From positions 2,046,001-2,110,000 of the forward strand of contig CM102283.1 of the NCBI GenBank assembly GCA_046563655.1: a DNA stretch of 64,000 nucleotides, written 5' to 3'. This DNA comes from Yuukianura sp. NJ FZ-2021. Lineage: Eukaryota. This document shows positions 42,096-53,353 of this stretch, piece by piece. A model generated the notes under the pieces. It saw only the letters and a program-made list of their open reading frames with translations. It was not told the origin of the DNA and searched no databases. Numbering within the stretch: the stretch's first letter is position 1; the number at the start of each line of letters is the position of its first letter. Both the position numbers and the translations under genes were made by a program.

Positions 42096-42889
42096 TTACT
42101 GCCTACTTCTATGTCAGTTGTTGCAGTTTGAATTGTTTTTTATGCTTGTGTACTTTTTCTCAGTCATTTTGCGGATTGAATGGTAATTTCCCGCGGTTTT
42201 ACACAACACTAACCACATTGCTAGACATCAGCTGGATTCTGGATGGGCATGTAAAGCCCAACCTCACACCAAATGCCCATCACTATCTGTCTTTCCCTGA
42301 CGATGGAGGGAGTGGAGAGCTTTAGTTTAATGGAATTGGAAATAATTTCCAAGATGACACTTTAGTCGCCAGCAGAGAAATAAAGGGGATTGAGCCTCCA
42401 GCACTTTGTGTCACTCGTAAGCACTCTTCTGGACTCTCCCTCTCTGATTTCGTCCAAATCCATTGGAATAATAACAATAGAAGGAACTCTGCCCTGCTCC
42501 TGGACTCAAAGTTTTCCTCCAACATTCCAACACATACATCCGCCAACCCGCTCCAGAAAGACAATGGAAGTGATTTAATAACCTCAGAGGCATCAGTGCA
42601 TGTCACCATGACAAAGGGAAATGGGCACAATAATGAAAATTGTTCATTTACAAACAAAGACGAAGAGTTGATGTTCGCGGGAGAAAACAAAACAAAAAGA
42701 ATTCCAACTGTCACTTTCCAAAGAATTTTCAAAATAAAACAAAACAACTCCGCTCCGACTTGAACGGCGTCACTTTCTAAGTAATTACTTTCTTACTAAA
42801 AAGAGAAAACGCACGATTTTGAATTTGAATTTGGCTGGAGAAATTTGAATTTGAACGGGGCAATTTGAGATTTTGAGTTTAGCGGGAAA

Positions 42890-44116
42890 ATGGAAGACGT
42901 GAGGATGATTCCAACGCAAGCCACTCTTGTGGAATTTGATGAACCGGCTTTTGTACGGGACGTGGAAAAAGAAGAGCAGGGCGTAAGTTGACCTAGAAAT
43001 ATTTTTGTTATAAGAAGACGTGCAAGGTCAAAGGTCAATGACCTGTTGTTTTAAAGGTCAAAGGTCAATGACCTTTTGGTTTCTGTTTAGCCTCAACTGC
43101 CACCAGTGCTGGGTGTGAGCGTTGACCATGAAATAAAGCGGATGACAGAACTGCGTGTGGCACCGCACTGCCCGGACCCCAGCACTTACGAGCATTTTCA
43201 GGTCAACGAAATTTTGAACATTGTGATTCCACCGGTAGAGTGGATCGAAGACGGACAAATGTGGCGTCAGACGGTACTTTTCGAATTAAAAAAAGCTTTC
43301 GAAATTTTGAATTTTTAAAAATGAGAAATCTTAAACTTGAGTGTGTACTATAGGTATCTACTGATGAAGTGAGCCGGGATGACCTCTTGACCTTGGAAAA
43401 AGATTTGGACGCGAAGCTTAAAGCTCGTCATGCTTTCAATGTCGGAATTTGTCCCATCCGGCGACAGCTCTACGACCAATTTTTTGGTTATTACTGAAAA
43501 AAGTTTTTTTTTTCTAAAAATTCTAAAAACCCAGTTTTTGAAAATTTTTCAGACGAGCTTATTCGTCAAGTGACTTTACGTACTCCGGAAACCGGTTTGA
43601 TGCTGATGCGTGTTCGAGACGAACTACGCATGACCTTGGATGCAACAGCATCAGTCTACGATACTTGCAAATACTTTGAGTCCAACTGTATCAACGTACC
43701 GGTCAAACCGGTATCTCAACCTGAAACTTCCGAAACGGAAATGGACGAACTTGCACTCGGCGCTTTGAGAGTCGAAACGGAAAAGAGTGACCTGAAACAA
43801 AAAATTCGAAATTTGGAAGACGGTCTGCGCATGCGGGAGGTCAAGTTACAGCAAATGCTGGATGCTGGCGAATCCCTCTTTCAAGAAAAATGTGAACATT
43901 TGAAAAAAGTCAAAGAGCAACTGACAGTAAGTTTCCAAAATCCAATCCAAATTTGAAATTCGAAATTCACAATTTTTATTTTTTTTTTTTTCATCTTTTT
44001 TTTTAAAACTTAAACAGAAACAGTTGGAACTATTCAAAGCACCAAATCCACACGGAGATGAAAACGTCACTCAATCAATTCTGGACAAGTTCATTATCCA
44101 GGCTCCCAAAAACTGA
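42890..44116 (+). CDS. DNALI1: Axonemal dynein light intermediate chain (inner-arm p28/DNALI1 family), 5 exons, 293 aa
   Basis: Exons 42890-42982, 43091-43273, 43354-43486, 43553-43926, 44018-44116 (882 nt, all GT-AG, in phase). Motifs MIPT..LVEFDEP, EILNIVIPPVEWIEDGQMWRQTVS, GICPIRRQLYDQFFDELIRQVT, GLMLMRVRDELRMT and terminal IIQAPKN match p28/DNALI1 as I recall the family. Confidence 0.92.
43025..43074. promoter_or_regulatory. Two composite DR1+IR1 nuclear receptor half-site arrays in DNALI1 intron 1
   Basis: AGGTCAaAGGTCAaTGACCT at 43025-43044 and again at 43055-43074. Function not shown. Confidence 0.5.
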
Positions 44117-44856
44117 AAAACTTCAACCGACTCACATTTCAAAAAACAATTTTTCAAAAACATTTTTTAAAACATTTTGTTCATAAAAAGTCAGAAACTG
44201 AACCAACGTAAAAACAAAGTATAGTATTTCATAATCCTGCTTTTGTTCCACCCTCATTAAACATTTGACAATTTCCAGCTAACGTAAAATGACAAGTTTT
44301 TGAAAATCAGTTTCCAAAAGTTGTATATTAAGTTTTTAACTTTTTTGAAAACTTATGTGTTCAAACAGAAGAAGGTTTTTACTGTGCTAATGAGGTGAAA
44401 CTGACGTTTCCTCTCCTTTGCGTGTTTGATTTCAAAAGCTGATTAACGTTTTGCATTTAGTTTCGCTGTTGTTTTAACACGAAACGTTTTTTCTTGTTTT
44501 TCGTAAAATAAAGATTAAAAAATTTCGAAAACTTACAAAAATTTAAATTTAATTTTTTTACAGTAAAACAAATCCAGTTTAATTTTATCCTTCAATTTTG
44601 CACATCGCTAAATCCGCAAAGTTGCAAAAAATGGGAAAGATGAGCTCGTAAAATTTAAACTTGTTATGAGATTGGCCTTGGCAGAAAAATGTTTTCCTTA
44701 TCACTTGCAAAATTTGTGCAAAAAATACCAAGTTGTGCTATAAAGATTTATTGATTAAGATTCGTTGTTGTTATCTGTGACCAGGAACTATATTTTGCAA
44801 TTAACTTTTTGTATCAAAATTTCAAAAAAAAAACCAATTTTTTTACTTTTTGAGAA

Positions 44857-44863
44857 TATAAAA
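44857..44863 (+). promoter_or_regulatory. TATA box of the cuticle protein gene
   Basis: TATAAAA about 30 nt upstream of an Inr-like TTAGT near 44890 and 91 nt upstream of the ATG. Confidence 0.7.
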
Positions 44864-44947
44864 GCCCTGGCTTTCCAGGAACTTTATAATTAGTATTTCT
44901 GTTATACTCTTCTACGACTTCTCTACTTCACTACAAAAACTAAAAAA

Positions 44948-45487
44948 ATGTTTGCCAAAATTGTAAGTCATTTTATATAAGTTCTAGATTTCAAATTCAA
45001 AACTTAACTTTCATGAAGAACTGCAAGATCCTGTTGCGAAAACTAAAAGCGAAACTTAAAGATCGTTTTTTGATAAAACATACATCAAATATTTATCAAA
45101 TTCAATTTCATTTTTATAATTTAATAGCTAAATTTTTTTAGACTCTCTTCGCCTGTCTACTGGCCGCCGTCCATGCAGCTCCAGGCAACATTGCTGTCGC
45201 TCCAGCAGCCGTAGCCTACTCAGCACCAGTTGCCGTAATTTAACACATTTTGTCAAAGTTTTGAGAAAAACTGTACTTTGTGCTAAAAGTTTCAAATTTT
45301 TTTTAACTTTTTTAAAATTCTTAAGGTTGCACAAGCTCCACTGGGCTATCATGCCTATGCGGCTCCAGCCGCAGCCGTAGTTCAACCGGCTCCAGTAGCC
45401 TACGCTGCTCCAGCTGCCGTCGCTTACACTGCTCCAGCAATCGCAGTAAAACCAATTGAGCAACACGGTTATCAAATTGCTTACTAA
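44948..45487 (+). CDS. Small secreted Ala/Pro/Val/Tyr-rich cuticle protein (AAP repeats, no R&R domain), 3 exons, 89 aa
   Basis: Exons 44948-44962, 45142-45234, 45326-45487 give MFAKITLFACLLAAVHAAPGNIAVAPAAVAYSAPVAVAQAPLGYHAYAAPAAAVVQPAPVAYAAPAAVAYTAPAIAVKPIEQHGYQIAY*. Signal peptide is split by a 5-codon first exon; TATA box upstream, AATAAA downstream. Confidence 0.88.
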
Positions 45488-45554
45488 AATTTTTAATTTT
45501 CGAATTTTAAAATTTGACATTTCTTGACCTTTTTTTATCTTTTCAAAAAAAGTG

Positions 45555-45560
45555 AATAAA
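45555..45560 (+). terminator. Polyadenylation signal of the cuticle protein gene
   Basis: AATAAA about 70 nt after the stop codon. Confidence 0.6.
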
Positions 45561-48500
45561 AGCTCAACAATTCTTCCTAATGAAAACTGTACTAGTCACT
45601 TTGACCTTAGTAGTGAACTCATTTTTTTTGAAAATTATAAAAACAAATTTTCATGTCAGTTATGAAAAACAGGCAGAGAAAAAAAGACGGGGCCTTGTAG
45701 AACAATTTTTTTTTGAAAACTTAGTTAGTGAAATGGTGTTGTAGCGTTCCGTGTCGTCGTAAGATTGACCTTGTTTGAGACTTAATTAAGAAAAGTCCAA
45801 AAGCGGTCAGGTAATTCATCTTTTCAAATTTTGAAATTTGGCGCTCCCATTTCCCCTCCAGTTTTTTGTGAAGTTAATTTGGCAGTTTCATTTTGGAAGT
45901 AACTAAATAATTCAGTGTGGTATTATGGTCGTCTCTTTGAGGAAAATGAAAACGTAATCTTAGGTAAAGCGAATGTGGTACTTTCAAAAGTGATTTATTG
46001 AAAACAGTCAGGCGATGATGATGGCAGGCGAAAAAGGAAGGGAAAATTCAAAATTCACTAAAAGAGAGCCAAAATTCAAAGTTTGACTGGAACATACAAG
46101 AAAAAAAACAACCGTGACCAATGTTACAAGTTTTGAGTCTCTAATTTAATGCATAGTTAATGAATTGAATGAAAAAAATCGATTGATCTTAAGCTGTTAA
46201 ACATGCCAGGAAGAAATGAATTTTGAAAAAAAATCGATTTTTAGTTTTAACAAGCATCCAAGTAACAACAAACGGAATTTGGAAACAGTCTATTAAGTTG
46301 AAATTCAAACACTTTGAGGACAAATGAATTTCAAAACCGCGATTGATTTTGCATTTGCATTTAAAATTTGGCACACTTTTATTAAGCTGATTTGGAAACG
46401 GAAACTTGTTTGTCACAAAAATTTGTTCCGATTTGTTAAATTTTTGAAATGAAAAAGTCCGATAATACAATCAGTTCAGCTGCGTTTAAAAACGTTCCGT
46501 TTTTGAATCTTCCGGCATTAAAAAATGGATTTACGCTAGCAAATTTCAAGTAGTCAAAAAATTGCTTTATTCCTTTACAGCACAAAAGCTGCAGGGTGTA
46601 CTTCAATTTTATTTCACTTTTCACATGCTCTGACCTCAGGCAAAGGTCAATGACCTTATAAAAAGTTTAACATTCAGCAGTTTTGAAGTTTACCACTTCC
46701 GAATTCTAAAAATTTGAAAACTTCAAAAATTCTTCGTTTTTTCTCTCCGTACTTTTCAATTTTCCTAATAAGATCTCCAAGTTCTACGTATTTTCAAAAA
46801 TATAGTGATAATAAAATCGCTTTTTTTTTTCGGAAAACGGAGAAAGTGAGAATTTTATCTTTTTACTTTTTGTACTAAAATTCTGATTGCAGAAGGAAGG
46901 GCGTTTCCTTGTTTTTCAATGTTTCCAGGTTAGACTATACGTATCATAGTGTTTTTTAGGTTAGACAAAAGCTAACATTAGGCTCTGCTTTCTTCTCTTT
47001 TTCTCTGAGATTTTCTAAATTTCAAAAAAGTTCAAACGAGAAACATGGATTCAAAGAATTCGAGAAATGGGAAATGAAAAGATTTGGGAAAGCACTTTGT
47101 GCTTTGACTTTCTCGGTTTTCCTAAAACTTGAAAGTTCAACGAAACCTTTCTCCACTTTCTTTTTTTAAACTCCAAATCCATACTTCCCTTTATTGTTTT
47201 GTTTTCTCACATTTTCTTTTAGATAACAACGGCATCCACCGTGACCTTTGACCTCTCAAAGTCACTTACATATGAAAATTTGAAATTTGAAGTTTGGTTT
47301 TCAAAACACAACACAAAATGAAAATTTGATGTCGTTTGCTCATTCCAAGCACCGACAGAACCTTTTGTGTTGATTTTCGTTTCTTTTTTTTTACCTTTCT
47401 GTTTTTCTGTTTGAATTCATTTTTGGAAAACTTTTTTTTTGTTGCTGAAAAAAAAATGAAAACAGAGTTCACAACCTACGCCTGTGCCGAGTGAATTATG
47501 TGGAGTGTCGATGGTGGTGTAGTGTTTTGAGTTGTGGTACAAGTTAAAAATTATTTCGTGCTTTCTCTCTAAATTTGTAAAGTTTCAAACCAAGTCAACC
47601 CAAAAAGTCATTTTGGCGTTACAGAAACTTTGGAGAAATTAGAAACAGGATCTAAGTGCACTGTGGCAGGAAAATGCCAAAATTAATAAGCGTCACGTTT
47701 TGTGTGGCAGCAGCTTAGATTTTGGTTCCACAAAGTGAATTCATGAGTTGATAAGTCAATATAAGCCTTTAGACACGTTAGAAACCAAACAACACAGAAT
47801 ATTCAGGTTAGTATGAGGTAAAAGTTGGGTCGAATTTTGTGTCTGGAGAGGTCACAGGTCACTTGTGTTAATTGGACTTGAGCGAGCAAAGAACAAAAAA
47901 TTGGCTGTTGTGCATGCTGTTTTTCTTGTGAAACATTTCATTTTCTTTTTCTAAAACAAAACATGCATTGAAAAAGGCATATAATCAAAAAGTGTTGAGC
48001 GAACAAATGAAAATACAAGCAAATTACAGTAAAGTTCCAAATAATTTTTCAAATTTTGAAGTACTTTAGTGTATTGCTATTCCTAACCTTGTTGTATTTG
48101 TTACTAAAACGCAAAAGTTTTTGAAATTTTTGCTCCGGACTACTATTTGAATGCTTACGGTATAATGGATACATAGCATGGATACAAATGAAAAACCGAA
48201 ATACGGAGAGGGCTGCACCGAGAACGGAAAAACTGCATTTCGGCTTTCATTTCAAACAAGTTTTGTTTTGCTTTGATTTCAGTTTCAAACTAAACAGAAT
48301 TTCACGTTGTGCTTAGTTTAACAAGCTAAAAAAGAAACTTCAAAAGACAAAAATAAAACAAGACGGGGGGAAAGTAAGACTTTGTTTAAAATTAAAAATA
48401 AACACGTTTGAATGTTCTAACAAAAAGTAAACAGTATAAAATAATATTCAAATTAAGGACTCAGTGTGGTTAAATGTCCATGAAACATGAAGAGAAAGTT

Positions 48501-51500
48501 AAGAAATGAGCTCCATTTAAAACCGGGAAAGTCATTTGTACTTGGACCTGCGCAAAGCTTACTTAGAAACTAAAAGTTGCACATTTTGTCTAAAAGTAAA
48601 CTTCCATATCTCCTGCGTGCAAATGGAGAATTAACGTTTTCAGTTTCCGTCAAATGCCAAGGTTTAGTCAGCCCCCGGTTTTTATTTTTCAATGAACTAA
48701 TTGCTGGTTTTACTTTCTTCTTTGTTTAAAAAACGTCAACGGAAATATTTCTTTTACAACAAGAAACTGCAAATTCCGGTTTTGGTGCAAGTGACCTCTG
48801 GCCTCCACATGTGTTTCGAATTAGTCCAAAAAGTTCTAAGTTTTTTTTTTCAAAAAATATTTTTTCTTTGTTTTTGAAAATTGATTTGGCCTTAAGTGGT
48901 CCAATGCGGGGAGCACTTAAATTTGACCTTTCATGTTAACTTACGCTCGTGTATGTGAATGTGCTCTGGAGTGGAGCAAAGCGATTTGAAAATGCCGCCG
49001 AACTCCGGAATTTTTATTCTGAACAAAAACGGCTGGAGGAAACGCAACTGTTTCCGTTCAACTGACTCCAGCACGTTCGAAAACAATGGAAATGGAAACG
49101 CGGGAAGTTTTTTGAAATTCAAACAGCATTCGCCTTTTATTTGTATTTTTTGAAACACAAAAAGTTCCCGCACTTTCTGTTTTTGCACCTGCCTGTCGAT
49201 AAAACATTTTTCTACGCATTTTAACACTAATTAAATTATAAAAATACAAATTCAAATTCAGTGCTAACACGAACTCATAAAATTTAGTACGAAAGGCGCC
49301 AAAAATTTATATTTCCGGCCAAAACAATTTGTCGTTTTTTGTTTCTAAAAAAGTAACAAACATAAAACAGCTAGAAAAAATTCCGTTTTATCCCACTTTT
49401 CGACACCCCGTGGTCAAAATAAAATGGAATAGTCATGAATTCAAAAACTTTCAACTCAAACGTAGGTTTCAGCAAATCAGAAAAATCTTTTTCAAAAATC
49501 TCAAAAACTCGTTTTCAAAAATCCCTCTTGAGATTTCCTACCAATTTTTCTTAGTTTGTTGGTCGACTAGCTTTTATCCAAAGCATGGCTGGAGAAAGAG
49601 CGGGAAAAAAGGCAACAATGGAGCATACGATTAGGGCGCACATTTTACGGTTTCTACCGAAAAAAAAAACCTTATCTTTTTGCGCCAAATTTATGTTGCC
49701 TGTCAGAAGAGAAGCCTTTTTGCTTGAACTTTATTTCCAATTTCCATCTTGTGCCGTTTTTTCGCACAATGCTGCACGCTGAAACTTCCTCTGTCTAAAA
49801 ACTCGCGCCGTTCGCGCGTTTTTATATTTCTCCTTTATGAAAAAAAAACATATGCTTTTATTTTCACAACATTTTTATGAATCCCGTTTTCTTTTTCTTT
49901 ATGAACCGGGTCACTTGACTTTCTCTTTTGTTGAAAAAAAAAGTGCGGGAACGATGAAAAAGGCACAAAATTTGAAAAAGTCCGCTTTCTTTTTATGATT
50001 TTTTTTTGCAACTTGTCATATTTTTTGCAATGAGTCTCTAATGGACAATTGTCTTCCTGGCCTGTCTGTCTGCACAAGCAAGTCTCCATTACACTTAGCT
50101 CTCCGAAATTGATGAAACTCTTTTTTTGCTGTGAGATCACAAGAAGTAAAGCTGAGTGCCAAAAAAAATTTTTGGCGGGAAAATTGGTAGAAAGAAGAGA
50201 GGTCAGAGGTCAAGAGGTCACAAGGGGGCGGAGCCTAGTGCAGACCACGCTGCTGTCACTTCAAATTTAGCCCCATTCTGTAAGTTATGGACTTTAGTTG
50301 TTGACTTGTGTCGTAAGTGGAAGTAATAAAGCTTAAGCAGATTTGTCACAGTTCGAAGAAGACGCGTACTTTTTCAAAAGAGCAAAAAATTATTGAGGCG
50401 CGAAGTTCGAAATGGCGTCTTTCCATAAATCAATATCATGTCACCCATTTATCAATTTCCAACACGAGATGAGCATTCACATAAAAAACCATATGAAAAA
50501 GAGGGTCTTAAAAGCAAGTTTTTAAACATGTTTTAAAAACGGTTTAAAAAAAACTCTTTTTACAAGATGTTTTTTAAACAAGAATCCTCTTACTCTAAAA
50601 TTCAGAAGGCGAAGCTTACTTCAATTTGGCATGATTTTTGTCTAAAAAAAATTTAAGTGAAAAGTTTTGAACATTTGCACAAAAGTTGTGCTGAAACGTC
50701 GCAAAAAGCTTTTTCTTTTTTTTTTTTAAATCAAATTGTTCAACATTGTCCACCAGCTTTTAGATTGTTTGTTTTTGAATTTTTTGCTTTGAGAATTGAA
50801 GATTTGAGAAATTTTCAAAATTTTATTGGGATAAAAACACGTGAGAAATTGTTTTCGATTTTAGCCGAAATTTTTTGAATATTTTCGTTTTGCATGGAGT
50901 TTTAAGTTGGAAAACGGGAATTTGCAAGACAAAGTTTTTCAAATTTGGAAGTCATTTTTTAGAACAGTTTTTTGTTCGTTTTTGAACTTTCGTTTTTGAA
51001 AATTGAGGATTTGGAAAAGACTTTGTGTTTGAGAAAGAGAAAGTAAGTTTCTCCTAGGAAGAAGCATGAGGTTTAATCTTCCCAATTAATTTTCATGCTT
51101 CACCAAACCTCCATCTCTAATTTTGATCTTGCTCAGATTAATTTCTAATTTTTTTGAAATTCCCCTCCCGCGAGATTTTCTTCTTGCAAAGAGGATTTTA
51201 GACTGAAGAAAGAGGGGGAGGGATGGCGGGAAGATTGGAGTAGAAAAAGTTGTGGCGGGAAGATTTGAAAATGGAAGTTAGAGATTGGTTGTTCCATTTG
51301 TGGAAGTTATTAGGAAAAGCGCGGGATTCCATCGAGTCGTGTAACATTTGTCAGATGTCATTCACTTAAAGACGAGAGCCCAACCCACATCAAAGTGGCG
51401 ACTGAAACAAAAGTAGGTCCTGAAATTTTGAGTTCCAGTACAAAAAAGGCAACAGCAACTTGATCAACAAGCAATTTGGCCAACATCGATGAAATATATT

Positions 51501-52282
51501 CTGCTGATTTTTTTTGACTGTTTTGTAGTTAACTTTCCACAAACAAACAATTTTGTTGTGTTGATCAAAATGGTGTTGACTAATTTGTATTTTCTTGCTC
51601 AAAACTTTCACCAACTGGACCAAAATCAAACCAAATCTTCTCAGCCGCAAAAGCCGATAAAACCAAAAGCATTTTCGTTTACCCTAGTTCGGATTTTGTT
51701 CAATGTCAAGAAACATCAATCCAATTAAGTTTTTTTTTTCACTTTTACTGCGAAAGATGTTGCGAAATTTTCGCGATTGGTTTTTCTTTTTAAACCAAAG
51801 CTAATAAAACAGTCTTGTACAACTACTCAATGTCGTAAAACTTTTTAGCTTACGCTAAAGTTCAGAAAATTTCTAGTTCAATTTGTTAAAGTCATTGCCT
51901 TAAAACACCAAATTTTTGAAAACTCCGCAACGAATTTTCTGTTTTGTTTCTGTTTCTCCAGGTTCCCGTTTTTTTTTTTCATTGTACATGGAAAGAGATT
52001 CCCAGACTACACAAATCTTGTTCCTTCAAAATCCGAGAAATTATAGTGAAAACGCGATGAAAGTGTTGGAATTTCATGCATATTAAAACAAATTTGAATA
52101 GAATATTCATAAGCTCCAGTGCTAACGACCCCGCGCTCTCCTTTTCCCGCTTTTTTTCCTATCAACTCAGCTGTTTTTCTATCTAAAAGCTCCTTTCTCT
52201 CAACTACTGCTTCTCCAAGGTAAATAGAATACTACAGGTAGTGCGAACAGAAAGTTTGTTAGGTTACCACGGCATTTTTTTA

Positions 52283-52420
52283 TGACGTCACTCGTTGAAA
52301 AATACCGTAATCGGCAGCTTATTATCCGAGGCGCGTATCTAAACATCAAACGGTATATGGGTTTCTATAGGATACCATCATTATTCCCCGAATTCCGGTA
52401 TTTTTCAACGAGTGACGTCA
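52283..52420. repeat. Perfect 25-bp inverted repeat with 88-bp spacer
   Basis: TGACGTCACTCGTTGAAAAATACCG (52283-52307) and its exact reverse complement (52396-52420). Confidence 0.9.
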
Positions 52421-52479
52421 CAAACAAAAGCTGGCGTTGGTTGCTACGGGGGCTGAACGCAGGGGGCTGCTGCTTCTCT

Positions 52480-52810
52480 TGTTTTTCTCCCGCTCTTCTC
52501 TGATTTGCCTCTCTCTCTCTCTCCTCTCTTTTTTCTCAACTCTCAGTTGTTGTTCTCTCTAAAACGCTCTTTTCTCTCAACGGCCTTCTCTCTTTTTTCT
52601 ACCGCCATCTCTGAACTGTTTTTTCTCTCTCAACTCAGCTGTTTTTTCTCTTCTCTCAACTACTTTCTCTCTTTTCTTCTCCTTTTCTCCATCTCTTTAA
52701 TCTCATTTCTCCCGCTCTTTTCTCTCAACTCCGCTGTTTTTCTGTCAAAACTCTCAGATGCTTTTCTCATCTACCTCTTTTTTTCGTTTTTCTTTCTTTC
52801 GTCCCATTCT
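52480..52810. repeat. CT-rich low-complexity repeat
   Basis: Polypyrimidine tract with recurrent CTCTCAACTC(AG)CTGTTTT; similar sequence at 52135-52215. Confidence 0.8.
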
Positions 52811-53353
52811 TTTTTAATAAATTGTTAGGTTTAAGAAATGGGAGAAACCTGGTTCCCTATTTACTTTCTGGCGAGAGCCTTCTGTTTATTACTAGAAGCC
52901 AATTTTCTCTAAGAAAGGATATCTTTTCCTCCTCCTTCTGCCTTTTCTTTAGGTTTGTGAGTGAGTGGTGAAAGTAAATGAACAAAGTGGTGAAAGTGGG
53001 CACGAGAAAAAAGGCGGTAAGAAAGTAAGAGTTCATTCAAACTGAAAATATCTCTCCCATGAAGTCCAGTGGAGCTAGAAACTTACATTGGCTGACTTAT
53101 TCTTTCGTTCCAGGTTTCGTTTTTTTAAGCCTTCCAAGTTTACTTCCGGGGCGAGTCCAGGAAAGGAAAGGCGACTGGTATAAATAAGGGGTGAAAGCAC
53201 TTTGCCGTGATAAGATTTAGAATGAAAGACTCTTTCTCTTGCTAAGAAAAACGAAAACTGAAAGTGCAGTGCAAGAATTTCCTGTTGATTTTTTTTTCGA
53301 CAAAAAAAATTTCTTGGAAAAATGTTTCTTGAAAAAAATGGCAACGCATGGCT

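Noticed and set aside
42602..42615. X-box upstream of DNALI1 (GTCACCATGACAAA)
   Set aside because: The critical 3' half-site ends AAA rather than AAC; too weak to call.
45128..45520. 130-aa minus-strand ORF
   Set aside because: Antisense to the cuticle protein exons.
52505..52828. 107-aa Leu/Ser/Phe-rich ORF resembling a membrane protein
   Set aside because: Translation of a CT-rich low-complexity tract.
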